From: a virus
Virus record (IMG/VR): IMGVR_UViG_3300023184_005191
Location: 3,651 to 67,650 of that record
Strand: one strand, 5' to 3'
Length of the DNA: 64,000 bases
Part shown: in pieces, positions 1-9,741 of the stretch
Layout: every line of letters starts with the position of its first letter
Position numbering within the stretch: position 1 is the stretch's first letter
Notes under the pieces: generated by a model
Database searches by the model: none
What the model was told of the DNA's origin: nothing
Seen by the model: the letters and a program-made list of their open reading frames with translations, nothing else
Made by a program: the position numbers and the translations under genes

Positions 1-850
1 AACAATCTACTCCATCCCAATCCTTTATAATTTCGTAAGTGTAATGATCTGGTAGGAATAATGATTTATACTTTAAGTTACCTCCATTTCTAATTTCAAT
101 ACATTCCAAAATCTCTCCTAAATTAATTTCTTCCTCTTGTTTACCAAATATTTTCTCCAATACTGGTAATTGAGTAGATGTGGCTGCTCCAAACATTTTA
201 TTAATTGTTCCATCTGCTAATGCAATATCACCAAACGGTTGATCTTTTGCAATGTCTGTAATTCTTGTTTTCCATGCTGAGCATGCAATGTCATGGATTT
301 CTTGTAGTTGTTCTCTTTTAATTGTAACCATTGTTTCTGATTTTTGTTCTGTTAAATTTTGTTTTTTTGATAATTCTTGAAGTATTGATTCTTTAAACAT
401 GAAATAATTTTCTCCCCTATAATCTTCACAATCAGCTAAAATATATGTTTCTCCTTTAAAATCTTTACAACCAAAGCTAACTAAATCATAATTTTCACCA
501 CCATATTGACTATCAGAATCATCATATCCTGTGTTAACACATCTAAAACATGTTCCTGATTTAATAATAGGTAACTTAGTACCTTTAACTTTAAAATCTA
601 CTACTGTGTTTTGATTTGTTAATCCCATAAATTGCTCTATTGTTAATACGGTTGGTTTACCTTTAAAGTAACTTATTTCGTCATAACAATTTACCCCTGA
701 ACTTGTACTAGGTTCTGTACCGTAGTAATTGTAAGCGTTACCTTTCCATGTAAATCCACTTTGTTCATTCAAATATTTAATAACTTTTTTCCAATCTGGG
801 TTTCTTAAGTCTCGTTCAACAACCCAATACTCTGGTAATCTGTTTTTCAT
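1..850 (-). CDS. hypothetical protein, truncated at the window edge
   Basis: ATG at 850 (MKNRLPEYWVVERDL...) just downstream of a class I promoter motif at 877; frame appears to run off the left edge; not in the ORF track. Confidence 0.7.
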   Translation of the reverse strand, partial: MKNRLPEYWVVERDLRNPDWKKVIKYLNEQSGFTWKGNAYNYYGTEPSTSSGVNCYDEISYFKGKPTVLTIEQFMGLTNQNTVVDFKVKGTKLPIIKSGTCFRCVNTGYDDSDSQYGGENYDLVSFGCKDFKGETYILADCEDYRGENYFMFKESILQELSKKQNLTEQKSETMVTIKREQLQEIHDIACSAWKTRITDIAKDQPFGDIALADGTINKMFGAATSTQLPVLEKIFGKQEEEINLGEILECIEIRNGGNLKYKSLFLPDHYTYEIIKDWDGVDC

Positions 851-876
851 AATCTTTCTTTTTTTATTTATACTTA

Positions 877-905
877 AATATACGAATTCTCTTTTACTCA
901 AACCA
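877..905 (-). promoter_or_regulatory. class I promoter motif (first of ~27 copies; consensus T(T/A)G-N20-TATATT, this copy has TGG)
   Basis: plus-strand aatatacgaa at 877-886 upstream of a minus-strand ATG; the same motif recurs throughout the window. Confidence 0.65.
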
Positions 906-921
906 TTCCTTTGTTTAATTT

Positions 922-960
922 AAAAAAAACCTACCATATGTTCGTATTCACATGGTAGGT
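922..960 (-). terminator. intrinsic terminator
   Basis: 9-bp stem acctaccat/atggtaggt followed by a T-run on the minus strand. Confidence 0.75.
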
Positions 961-988
961 CTAAAAGAAACGGTTATGAAGCGTTTTG

Positions 989-1068
989 TAGTCAGGGCCG
1001 GACTCGAACCGGATAAACAACCACTTAACTGGACTCGGGAACCAATCCCTCATTACGTCCACCTGACT
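989..1068 (-). ncRNA. tRNA-like RNA (AGTCAGG family, copy A)
   Basis: acceptor stem AGTCAGG/CCTGACT and T-arm CCGG-TTCGAGT-CCGG, but no canonical D/anticodon arms. Confidence 0.65.
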
Positions 1069-1076
1069 ATCCTTAT

Positions 1077-1829
1077 TTAAACAGCTAATGCATATTGATC
1101 AGCTAATGAAAATAATTTTTGATTTAATATAATATCTGTATTGAAGTTTGTAACATCAGCTGTTAGATTTTCTTGTATTCTGTTGAATACTGTCCATAAA
1201 TCATTACCTTCGTCCTCTATTCGATTAACTTTAAATAAATCATCTATGTTAACATCTGTTAAATCATCAAAACGTAAACGAGCTGCATCAATTGCAAACT
1301 TTTTAATATAATCAGGATTCATTGAGATTTGTTGCATATTTTTAATTACATCTGATAAAACCATTGCTTTATCATTCATTTTTGCAATTAAATTCGGTAA
1401 ATCTCTATAATTGATTTCGGTATGTTTAATTGAAGATTCAGCTGCATTATCAAAACGTACTGCTCCGTTAGAGCATACTAAACGAAATGCTCCTAAATTC
1501 ATATTAAGCGGTTGATTACCGTTTGTACTATTTGATAATGTAATTGAAGCGAATGCTTCCGTTTTACCGTTTTTATCTAAAATATTAAAATCAGGATGAT
1601 GCATTTGAGCATAATTAGATTCAATCTTTCTACTCTTACCTCGTTGTTCAGCAACTCCTTTCAATAACCATCCTTCATCTTGTAACATCTTAACAGCATC
1701 CATTGTTTCAATATAGAATGGTTTTTGTTTAATTTTTTGAACATTTACAATGTTATTTACATCTAATGTGTTAGCGAATGCTATCGCTTTGTTGATATTA
1801 TTATCAACTGGAATAAATTTGTATTTCAT
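1077..1829 (-). CDS. DUF932/DUF945-family protein
   Basis: motif LSNSTNG...GAFRLVCSNG and C-terminal DLWTVFNRIQEN. Confidence 0.8.
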   Translation of the reverse strand: MKYKFIPVDNNINKAIAFANTLDVNNIVNVQKIKQKPFYIETMDAVKMLQDEGWLLKGVAEQRGKSRKIESNYAQMHHPDFNILDKNGKTEAFASITLSNSTNGNQPLNMNLGAFRLVCSNGAVRFDNAAESSIKHTEINYRDLPNLIAKMNDKAMVLSDVIKNMQQISMNPDYIKKFAIDAARLRFDDLTDVNIDDLFKVNRIEDEGNDLWTVFNRIQENLTADVTNFNTDIILNQKLFSLADQYALAV

Positions 1830-1835
1830 AATGTT

Positions 1836-1958
1836 TTATTTTGAATAAACTGGTTTAACATGTCCGTTTTTATCAACGGTATATTCTATTGGTTGTTTTA
1901 AATTGTTCGCTTTATTATAGCGTCCTTTTTTTGTTTTACTTCCTCCTGTACAACTCAT
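1836..1958 (-). CDS. small hypothetical protein (40 aa)
   Basis: MSCTGGVKQKKDAIIKR...; fills the gap between the promoter at 1982 and the next gene. Confidence 0.55.
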   Translation of the reverse strand: MSCTGGSKTKKGRYNKANNLKQPIEYTVDKNGHVKPVYSK

Positions 1959-2018
1959 ATTTTTATTTTTAATTATGATTGAATATACGAAATTGGAGAT
2001 TAATCTCCAATTCCTTTT

Positions 2019-2828
2019 TTATTCTTCTGCTTGATTTAAAGCGTAATGTACTCCGTCCTTGTATATTGAGAAATAGATTTTATAATCTTTATCGCAATCT
2101 CTATTTTTATCAAAATGTAATGAACGTTCTAACCCATCTTTACTTCGCTCAACACAACAATATGCTTCCATCATGTGTTTCAAACGGTTTGATCCAGCAA
2201 ATTCATCTCCTTTAGTGAATTGTTGAATATTGATGAATGAGGTATAGTAACCGTTTTGATTATTTCCTTTTTTAACATCATCTTGTAACTTCAAAAACCA
2301 TGATTCAGCTTGTTTAACTGTTCCTCCATTTTGATCTCTGTACATATCTAGTACCTCCGCAATTGAATCCAATCCAATAACATCATATCCTAAACTAAAT
2401 ACATGTTCAATTGTTTCTTTGATGTTATCCATATGATCTTTTAAAAACAACGTTTGAATGCAACCAAACTCTGGTATTCTTCGACAATATTTGTAATGTC
2501 CAATCTGATCCATCTCACCTTGTACTAGCAAACATTTCAATCCTTGCATTGTAAATTTAGATAACATATCTAAAACTAGTGTTGATTTACCTGAACCAGG
2601 TCCACCTGCGATCATCATTGAAATACCTGGCATTAATCCTCCATCAGTAGATAAGATTAAATCAATTTCTGTACCTGTTTTCATAGGTTTGAATAATGAT
2701 TCATTGAATGATAAATCATTACCTCTAAATAGTTGAACTGAATTAGGGTCGAATTCAACAATCGCTTGTTCTTTTTTAGGTCTGCCGCGTCTCTCCACTT
2801 TTACTCCTTTCATAATTAAACTTTCCAT
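2019..2828 (-). CDS. RadA/Sms-like RecA-superfamily ATPase (ATPase domain only)
   Basis: Walker A GGPGSGKST, QGEM, Walker B IGLDSI, TKGDEFAGSNRLKH, KNR motif. Confidence 0.8.
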   Translation of the reverse strand: MESLIMKGVKVERRGRPKKEQAIVEFDPNSVQLFRGNDLSFNESLFKPMKTGTEIDLILSTDGGLMPGISMMIAGGPGSGKSTLVLDMLSKFTMQGLKCLLVQGEMDQIGHYKYCRRIPEFGCIQTLFLKDHMDNIKETIEHVFSLGYDVIGLDSIAEVLDMYRDQNGGTVKQAESWFLKLQDDVKKGNNQNGYYTSFINIQQFTKGDEFAGSNRLKHMMEAYCCVERSKDGLERSLHFDKNRDCDKDYKIYFSIYKDGVHYALNQAEE

Positions 2829-2879
2829 AACTTTTCTTTTTTTATTATACTTGAATATACGAACTTTCTTTTAAATAAA

Positions 2880-3107
2880 CTATTCCTTTAGATAATCTCT
2901 AATTTCAGCTGCTGATTCATATTCCTCTACATTTACAGCATATGTTAACATATTTTCCATCATTTCAATGAAGTTTCCATCAAAATCTACATCTAATATA
3001 AATTGTAAATTTTTCTTTTGTTCAAGTGAAATATTTGTAGCTGATTCTATTTCGGGATGAAATATTCCATTCCATACTGTTGCTTCCCATGTTTTTATCA
3101 TTCTCAT
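2880..3107 (-). CDS. small protein with UVR (UvrB/C)-like C-terminal motif
   Basis: AVNVEEYESAAEIRD. Confidence 0.55.
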   Translation of the reverse strand: MRMIKTWEATVWNGIFHPEIESATNISLEQKKNLQFILDVDFDGNFIEMMENMLTYAVNVEEYESAAEIRDYLKE

Positions 3108-3113
3108 AACCTT

Positions 3114-3341
3114 TTATTTACCATATTGTTGTTCCCATAATTCTGCTCCTGTTCTATTATCACGTTGTGGCCAGTTTGGATTGTGATCTGGTCGATTGAT
3201 AAACATTATAATAGAGAATATAGTGTATATCCAAAAAAATATTGCATATTTACCGAAATGTCCTTTGATGTACCATCTCAAAAACACATATGTTAACCAT
3301 ATTACAATAAAACCACTAATAACATTCCAAATTGTTTTCAT
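3114..3341 (-). CDS. small membrane protein
   Basis: two hydrophobic helices; start moved to ATG 3341, downstream of the promoter at 3362. Confidence 0.65.
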   Translation of the reverse strand: MKTIWNVISGFIVIWLTYVFLRWYIKGHFGKYAIFFWIYTIFSIIMFINRPDHNPNWPQRDNRTGAELWEQQYGK

Positions 3342-3455
3342 TTTTTCCTCTTTTATACTTGAATATACGAAAAATATTTTGATAAACATATTCCTTTTAT
3401 AAGGACAGTAAAGGGATGGCTAACACCATCCCATTTTGTTTACTGTTTGCTTTTC

Positions 3456-4256
3456 TTACTGAGCAAATTCAAGGGCCAATTCAAATAGTTGTTTATTCAC
3501 TTTTAAATCTTGACTGAAATTTTTGATTCGACGAGCTTTTCTCGTTTTTGACCCTGTTTGATATGTAAAATCACCATCAATAATTTTCTCTTGTACTACA
3601 TTAAATACAGACCATAGATCTGTTCCTCTATCTTCTCTTCGAGTTGGTTTCAACAACTCCATTACATCAACTGTAATTCGAGTCATTTCATCCTCACTGA
3701 ATCGAGTTAGCAATGCTCTAGTTGCTAAATCAACTGCTTGCTCTTCTTCAAGAACAACTGTTTTCATTTTATTCATTGACTCTACTGTTAGAGGCAAACG
3801 CTCAACCATTCCATGGATTCTAGTTTGTAGTTCCTCAAATGTATAACCCATGTGACGCATCTTAACATCCTCAAATTGTTCAGTTGAGATAACTAAACCA
3901 TTCTCACATACCATTCTGAATAAACCAGCGGTGAAAGTAAACGCGTTTTTCCCGTCATGCGAGTTTGTCAATAAAATCTGAGGAAACACAGTATCACCGT
4001 CGTTTCCATTGATTACTACATCGTTATTTCTAAATACGATGAGGTGTTTTTGGAAGCCAATGCCTTTTCTAGCTTTTACTTCCTTTACATCTACTACTTT
4101 CCAACCTAACTGGTCCATATCCTCCATCACTTGAGATGTTGGAATGTGAGTGTAGTGAGATGAAACTGAATCCGCAGCTGTTGCTGTGAAAATACTTGGA
4201 GCAATTCTCTTGATTTGCTCGTTGTTTAAATAATTTGTTGAATTAATGTCTAACAT
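3456..4256 (-). CDS. DUF932/DUF945-family protein
   Basis: APSIF...YTHIPT, LLTNSHDG, AGLFRMVCENG, DLWSVFNVVQE. Confidence 0.85.
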   Translation of the reverse strand: MLDINSTNYLNNEQIKRIAPSIFTATAADSVSSHYTHIPTSQVMEDMDQLGWKVVDVKEVKARKGIGFQKHLIVFRNNDVVINGNDGDTVFPQILLTNSHDGKNAFTFTAGLFRMVCENGLVISTEQFEDVKMRHMGYTFEELQTRIHGMVERLPLTVESMNKMKTVVLEEEQAVDLATRALLTRFSEDEMTRITVDVMELLKPTRREDRGTDLWSVFNVVQEKIIDGDFTYQTGSKTRKARRIKNFSQDLKVNKQLFELALEFAQ

Positions 4257-4314
4257 AACCTTTACTTTTTAATTTATTTTTCCTTTTTATTTGATTGAAT
4301 ATACGAATAAATTT

Positions 4315-4683
4315 TTAATTTATCAATTCCTTTTCTACAAATTCAATTAATTTGAACAAACAATCCATTTCTGCTTCTTCGTAATTTTTATAATAACCAC
4401 CACGCAGAGGAGCATCTATAGTTAACATAAACTCTTCTTTAGTACCTATTTTATGTTCTAATCTATGAATATTAAAATACAATCCATACTTTTCTCTAAA
4501 CCATCTGAATGCTGATTGCCAAGTTGGTGCTGATGTGACTTCATTGTTTCCTTGCTGACTCGCTATTTCATCTATAACCAAATATGATTGATTAGTATAA
4601 TATCCAAAACAAGGCTCATCAAACCCAAGTGTTTTCATTCTTAAAGCCAACTCGTATGTAACAAATTCTTTTTCCATAACCAT
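4315..4683 (-). CDS. hypothetical phage protein
   Basis: intact ORF with its own class I promoter at 4703. Confidence 0.7.
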   Translation of the reverse strand: MVMEKEFVTYELALRMKTLGFDEPCFGYYTNQSYLVIDEIASQQGNNEVTSAPTWQSAFRWFREKYGLYFNIHRLEHKIGTKEEFMLTIDAPLRGGYYKNYEEAEMDCLFKLIEFVEKELIN

Positions 4684-4714
4684 TTTTCCTTTTTACAGAT
4701 TGAATATACGAAAT

Positions 4715-5002
4715 TTATTTTGCTTTTTCAACCAAAGTATTACATTTGTTTAAAAACTGATCTAAATTCGCTCCACATTTACATGTTTGTGAATCTATAT
4801 TGAATTTACAGTTGTTTCTAGATGATTTTTTATTAACCATAAAAACATGTCTCTCAGTGTCTATTGGAGATAAATCCACATCTGGTCTAACTGTGTGGGA
4901 TATTCTAAGTTTGGGAGTGTATGGTTGTGGTTTTTTACATAACATTCCCACTTGTCTTAACCAAAGGAACACTTTGGTTTTTAAATTACGTTTACGTTTC
5001 AT
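4715..5002 (-). CDS. hypothetical protein
   Basis: intact ORF in a tightly packed minus-strand run. Confidence 0.55.
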   Translation of the reverse strand: MKRKRNLKTKVFLWLRQVGMLCKKPQPYTPKLRISHTVRPDVDLSPIDTERHVFMVNKKSSRNNCKFNIDSQTCKCGANLDQFLNKCNTLVEKAK

Positions 5003-5003
5003 C

Positions 5004-5180
5004 TTATTTTCTTAAAAGTACACCTAAAACAATTACACCTATAACAAGTAGAACTGGTATCCAAAGAGGAGAAGTAACCCACCACCATGACCAAGCAATG
5101 TTTTCTGTTAATTTAAGAGTCATAAATATAAGGAATAAAATCATTCCTAAGCCTAATCCACTGTTTGTTTCTTTATTCAT
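5004..5180 (-). CDS. small membrane protein (58 aa)
   Basis: MNKETNSGLGLGMILFLIFMTLKLTENIAWSWWWVTSPLWIP...; promoter at 5205; below the ORF-track cutoff. Confidence 0.7.
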   Translation of the reverse strand: MNKETNSGLGLGMILFLIFMTLKLTENIAWSWWWVTSPLWIPVLLVIGVIVLGVLLRK

Positions 5181-5230
5181 AATTTCTTTTTTTAAATATG
5201 ATTGAATATACGAAAAGATAATTTAATAAA

Positions 5231-5464
5231 CTATCCTTTAAGTAAAGTTTTTTGCTCTTTTGTTTCTTTAAGTTGGTTCAATAATGTTTTCTCTACCATG
5301 TTTATATCATGGTGAGTGCTGATTATTTCTTTCTCTATTTGTTTAATTTTCTTTTTAAACATTTTCAAGTTTGAGGTATACTGTACTATAAAGAACATAG
5401 CTATAAAAAGTAGTACTACAAGTATTCCTGTAAGGAATAGTAATATTGAGATCATTGTTTCCAT
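5231..5464 (-). CDS. membrane-anchored coiled-coil protein
   Basis: N-terminal TM helix followed by a charged helix. Confidence 0.6.
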   Translation of the reverse strand: METMISILLFLTGILVVLLFIAMFFIVQYTSNLKMFKKKIKQIEKEIISTHHDINMVEKTLLNQLKETKEQKTLLKG

Positions 5465-5814
5465 AATTTAGTTTTTAGTTTTTTTATTTGTTTTTCATTT
5501 AATTTGAAAGTGGAAGATTTGGCTGATATTTCTATCTCATTCTCAAACGGGGTATATCTAACTGATGTATTACCTACATAAGTGTAATATGTTTTTTGAT
5601 TGTTGAGTGCACTCAATAGTTCCTCTAGAAATAAATCCATCATATTTTTATTACCTACCACTAAGTAAGAAGTGTGGTAATATATTTTATATGTTGGTTC
5701 GGAATTTTGAATTACTCGTTCAATTCTGAGTTCTTGTTTTTTGTCTTTAAGTATGGTTTGTCCCATTGTGTTTAGGGAAAAACAAATCATAAATATTAAT
5801 AATATATTTTTCAT
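5452..5814 (-). CDS. secreted hypothetical protein
   Basis: signal-peptide-like MKNILLIFMICFSLNTMGQ from ATG 5814. Confidence 0.6.
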   Translation of the reverse strand: MKNILLIFMICFSLNTMGQTILKDKKQELRIERVIQNSEPTYKIYYHTSYLVVGNKNMMDLFLEELLSALNNQKTYYTYVGNTSVRYTPFENEIEISAKSSTFKLNEKQIKKLKTKLWKQ

Positions 5815-5825
5815 TTTAAATTGTT

Positions 5826-6398
5826 TTAATCCCACCATCCTTCAATTTCGCGAGACATTATTGTAAATATTAATTCTTTTGCTTTTTCTTGTCTTAAATC
5901 ACCCATAATCATTGCCACAAGTTTTTTATCATTGTGATCAGTAGTAAATCTATTTTGATTTTCTTTAATATAATTAATGGCTCTTTTTTGCCAGGTTGGA
6001 TATTTTGTAAGATATGAATCAAAATCCTCACTAATTATGTTCATTTCCAATTCTTTAAAATCTGGTTTGTCTTCTATATCTAAAAATACCATTTCACTTT
6101 CATGGTAATCCATGTATTCAGCATCATAGTAACCATTTTTAACACGCTCAATTAAACGAGCAACTAGTTGCATTCGAGAAGCATCATGTTTAGCTCTAGT
6201 ATGAATATCCCTACCACCAATATATTCAGCTTGAAATTCAATCTTTGTTTTGAGTATTTCATAAATGAAGGATTGATCCCAATTCCTATCTTTCCAGATA
6301 ACAGGAAACCATTTCCATAAGTTCTTCACTCCTGCTATAAAATCTTTACGCATGTACTTTCCACTGAAGTACCACCATGCACTTACTTTGTCTAACAT
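5826..6398 (-). CDS. hypothetical phage protein
   Basis: 190-aa intact ORF with WKDRNWD and C-terminal GWWD. Confidence 0.7.
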   Translation of the reverse strand: MLDKVSAWWYFSGKYMRKDFIAGVKNLWKWFPVIWKDRNWDQSFIYEILKTKIEFQAEYIGGRDIHTRAKHDASRMQLVARLIERVKNGYYDAEYMDYHESEMVFLDIEDKPDFKELEMNIISEDFDSYLTKYPTWQKRAINYIKENQNRFTTDHNDKKLVAMIMGDLRQEKAKELIFTIMSREIEGWWD

Positions 6399-6452
6399 AT
6401 TAATCTAATTTATTGTAAAAGAAACTAATAATCCATAAACATATTTTCTCCA

Positions 6453-7202
6453 TTATAGCCATATTATTTCATTTGTAATGTTATTCCATTCAAAAGTGAA
6501 TGGTAAATTTGTATATTGGTAACGCTCATTTAAAACAGAAGCATTAAAGTAATGTGTTTGTCCATCAAAATAGTAACCATGACTTCCATGTATGTGTCCA
6601 CAAACATGTATTTTTGGTCGAGCAACAGTATTAATATGCTCTGTTAGTAATTCACATCCAACTCGTATATCTCTACTTCCACCTGGGATATCTAATATAC
6701 CCCAAGCAGGACCATGTGTGACTAAAATATCTGTATTGGTTGGAATAGCATCCCATCTTGCTTTCATTTCTTCCCCATTTCGAGGCAAATTAAAAGCCCA
6801 ACTAAAAAATTCTGGTTGCCAAGGTGAACCATAGATGCGAATATTTTCCTCTGGCATGTCCCCGTTTGGTCCATCTCCATAAATAACAAAATCTTCATCT
6901 TGTAGATAATCTATTGTTTTATATCCTGTTAGAATACCTTGAGCCCATTCTGGCTCGTCTTGCATCATACGATCATGATTACCAGCGATGAATACTTTTG
7001 TATCATAATTATCAATTTCATCATACCATTTGAAGAAATCTTCTGCCTCGTATCGAGAATACCCAGTTGACATAAAATCACCTGCATGTATCAATAAATC
7101 ACCTCCAGGTAAATCCAATGGTTGATTGGGTTTACGCATTGATTTTGTTGTTGCAATTTGATTATGTTTTGTATGAGTGTCTGATAAAAGTGATATTTTC
7201 AT
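6453..7202 (-). CDS. calcineurin-like metallophosphoesterase
   Basis: SDTH, HAGD, AGNHD, THGP, GHIH motifs. Confidence 0.9.
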   Translation of the reverse strand: MKISLLSDTHTKHNQIATTKSMRKPNQPLDLPGGDLLIHAGDFMSTGYSRYEAEDFFKWYDEIDNYDTKVFIAGNHDRMMQDEPEWAQGILTGYKTIDYLQDEDFVIYGDGPNGDMPEENIRIYGSPWQPEFFSWAFNLPRNGEEMKARWDAIPTNTDILVTHGPAWGILDIPGGSRDIRVGCELLTEHINTVARPKIHVCGHIHGSHGYYFDGQTHYFNASVLNERYQYTNLPFTFEWNNITNEIIWL

Positions 7203-7329
7203 GGGTATTTTTCATTAAGTGAAATAAAAATAAAAAACATAACTATTGCCCAAACATTAAATCCTCCAAAAATAAGAGCGATAGTTGATGTAAATGTCAA
7301 TAGTTTAAAGATAAATCCTTCTGTTAATT

Positions 7330-7689
7330 TCATATTTTAAATAATTTGTAGTTACTATTTTGTGTTTTAAATTCAATATAATCTTCTCTTACTTCAACAA
7401 TTTCAGTTACTACTGATGTTTGCCATGTGAAAAATTGATTGAATGGGGACATTAATAAGGAGCGATCAATAGCAATTTCTGGGTGTTTATCTTTAAACAT
7501 TCCATCATCACCAAATTCCAACCACATAACCTCTTTGGATTGTTTTGTTAAACCATCATGTTCACGTACTAGTTTCCAATTAAATTCAGATTCTATTACT
7601 CCTAATAATTCAGCAAATTTTTCATCTAGACGCATTATTCCATCATCTCCCATATTAACTAATAATTTTTGTTGTTCTCCTCCTATCAT
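7330..7689 (-). CDS. hypothetical protein
   Basis: intact ORF, promoter at 7712. Confidence 0.65.
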   Translation of the reverse strand: MIGGEQQKLLVNMGDDGIMRLDEKFAELLGVIESEFNWKLVREHDGLTKQSKEVMWLEFGDDGMFKDKHPEIAIDRSLLMSPFNQFFTWQTSVVTEIVEVREDYIEFKTQNSNYKLFKI

Positions 7690-7746
7690 AATATTTCCTT
7701 TTTATAGATTGAATATACGAAAGGGAGCTTGCGCTCCCTATTCCTT

Positions 7747-8907
7747 TTAATGAGAATCTCCTACATTATGTTTTTCTCCATAAATGAGATAATCTGGGTT
7801 TATTACTTTAGCTACTTGATGACGATTTCCACTTAGATGTTTAATGACAATTCCCTCATGTGGTACTTTTGTTCCTTCAATGAAATTGTTAAATACAAAT
7901 TCATCTTGTTTTTCTTGTGACCATGGTCCTATATGTAAAGTTTCTACAACAGGTAAACCTAATACATCTTCACTAAACATCCATTCAGTCATCATGACAG
8001 ATTCATATTTCCCATCAACCACAACATCAAACCCAGCAAATTTTATATCTTTTAAACCATAATCATAGTTCTTTTGGATACCTGCTCCATAAATTTCACC
8101 ATAAATTACTATACCTGAACCAAGTTCATCTATTGAATGAAGCTCTAAAGCATATCTTTTAAGTCTTGCTTTAATATCATATTGATCAGCAATTGTTCTC
8201 CAAACATCTGTTGAATAAAAACCTTGTGAATCTGATCCTTTTTCAACGTTATGTGAACCATAAACATATTCATATTCAATCAACTCATCACCAAAACGGA
8301 AGAATTTTTTCACTCGATCCATAAATGACAATTTTCCTTTCTTCACAATACCATAACGAGCATTTGTGCCATGTAATTTACGAGTAATTTGAACAATGTC
8401 TTCCTTTGTAAACATTCCAGCTACATTTTTCAAGTTTGGGAATTTGTAATACACTCCAAAGTTTGGATTATCTTTGTATTTGATTTTTTTCCCTGAGGAT
8501 AACTGAACTTGTTTAACTGGTGGTTCATATTTAAAGATACCTAAAGTTTCCATCAAATCCTCTCCTTCTTCCCAATAATATCCAATACTATTGGCATGTT
8601 GTTTTTTCATTGGAGGTAAAATATCAAGTGGAATAATTAAACACTCGGAATATACTCCGCGCAGTTTCACTGTTCTTACACGTTGACCTTTGCGTAAATA
8701 ACTAGTTACACCAATTGCATCGGAAATATTTTGAGGAATTACAGCATCCGTTGTAGCAACAACAACATGCTCTCCTACCGTTTGAGCTCCTTTTTTGACA
8801 ATAGCATTCCATCCACCAACAACTGCTAATTCAATATTATCTGCTCCCTCTATTGCTTTTACTTCTGTTACTTTTCCTACGTAACATACACTATTTTGAT
8901 TTTCCAT
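7747..8907 (-). CDS. RNA ligase, DRB0094 family
   Basis: N-terminal IEGADNIELA, KLRGVYSE; nucleotidyltransferase motifs KLHGTN, YGEIYG, FD, EGIV, KVIN. Confidence 0.9.
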   Translation of the reverse strand: MENQNSVCYVGKVTEVKAIEGADNIELAVVGGWNAIVKKGAQTVGEHVVVATTDAVIPQNISDAIGVTSYLRKGQRVRTVKLRGVYSECLIIPLDILPPMKKQHANSIGYYWEEGEDLMETLGIFKYEPPVKQVQLSSGKKIKYKDNPNFGVYYKFPNLKNVAGMFTKEDIVQITRKLHGTNARYGIVKKGKLSFMDRVKKFFRFGDELIEYEYVYGSHNVEKGSDSQGFYSTDVWRTIADQYDIKARLKRYALELHSIDELGSGIVIYGEIYGAGIQKNYDYGLKDIKFAGFDVVVDGKYESVMMTEWMFSEDVLGLPVVETLHIGPWSQEKQDEFVFNNFIEGTKVPHEGIVIKHLSGNRHQVAKVINPDYLIYGEKHNVGDSH

Positions 8908-8959
8908 TTCTTTTTTTATTTAAATATACAAAAAAATTTTTTAAAATCCAAATGTTGGT

Positions 8960-9346
8960 TTAAAGGGAAATTTCAAATCTGTTTTTCATTTCTACTAACT
9001 TCTCATCTGGAACTCCATGTTCATTAACTCCTCCGTGACGATTCTCTACAATTAATGTTGTAACTTGATAACCATATTTTTCAGCTAATTTGTAATATGA
9101 TTCTAATTCCCACTCTTGAGTGAATGTATTAGAAACAACTACATTATAGCCTTGAATCATCCAACCTTCTGTTCTATTTTGACACCACTCATGGGCTTGT
9201 TTAATTTTAGATGCTATAAATCTATATTCACCTGTTACAGGATCAATAAAATACATATCTGCTTCAACATGTTGATTACAGATTGATTTAGCAAATGTTG
9301 ACTTACCACTACCTGGTAAACCTCTAATTAAAAATAAATTTTTCAT
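8960..9346 (-). CDS. P-loop polynucleotide kinase-like protein (AAA_33 type)
   Basis: RGLPGSGKST, EADMYF, AHEWCQ, VVSNTF, HGVP. Confidence 0.8.
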   Translation of the reverse strand: MKNLFLIRGLPGSGKSTFAKSICNQHVEADMYFIDPVTGEYRFIASKIKQAHEWCQNRTEGWMIQGYNVVVSNTFTQEWELESYYKLAEKYGYQVTTLIVENRHGGVNEHGVPDEKLVEMKNRFEISL

Positions 9347-9395
9347 TTGTTTTCCTTTTTATAGATTGAATATACGAAAGATATTTTGAGAAGAC

Positions 9396-9443
9396 AAAAA
9401 AACCCAAGCAGCCTCTGTTGATCAAACAGTCTTACTTGGGGTT
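9396..9443 (-). terminator. terminator ending the tRNA/ncRNA island
   Basis: cccaag...cttggg stem with an inner ctgtt/aacag stem, T-run on the minus strand. Confidence 0.55.
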
Positions 9444-9449
9444 GTTACT

Positions 9450-9596
9450 AGTTATAAGGTTGAGTATGAAGGCAACGTCTTGCACACATACAGCAGATCC
9501 TCTTTCCTGATAACTGAAAAGACCATCCTAGTGAGCGGATCTTACGGGACGCCCGATGGTACTTTGGGCCTGCGGATACTATCCACAGGGGGGGAT
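9450..9596 (-). ncRNA. candidate structured ncRNA
   Basis: GC-rich non-coding stretch with several hairpins directly 3' of a tRNA. Confidence 0.4.
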
Positions 9597-9608
9597 TATT
9601 TATAATTG

Positions 9609-9681
9609 TGGACCAGCCTGGGCTTGAACCAGGGACTCTCGCTTTATGAGAGCGACACTCTACCAGCTGAGTTACAGGTCC
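9609..9681 (-). tRNA. tRNA-Ile2/Met (CAT)
   Basis: cloverleaf GGACCTG...TCGCT-CTCATAA-AGCGA...CCTGG-TTCAAGC-CCAGG; no encoded CCA. Confidence 0.9.
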
Positions 9682-9741
9682 AATTTAGATTTCTAAAACC
9701 GTTTTAATCAGTGACGGAAACTCTATCTGTTGTTTTTTGCG

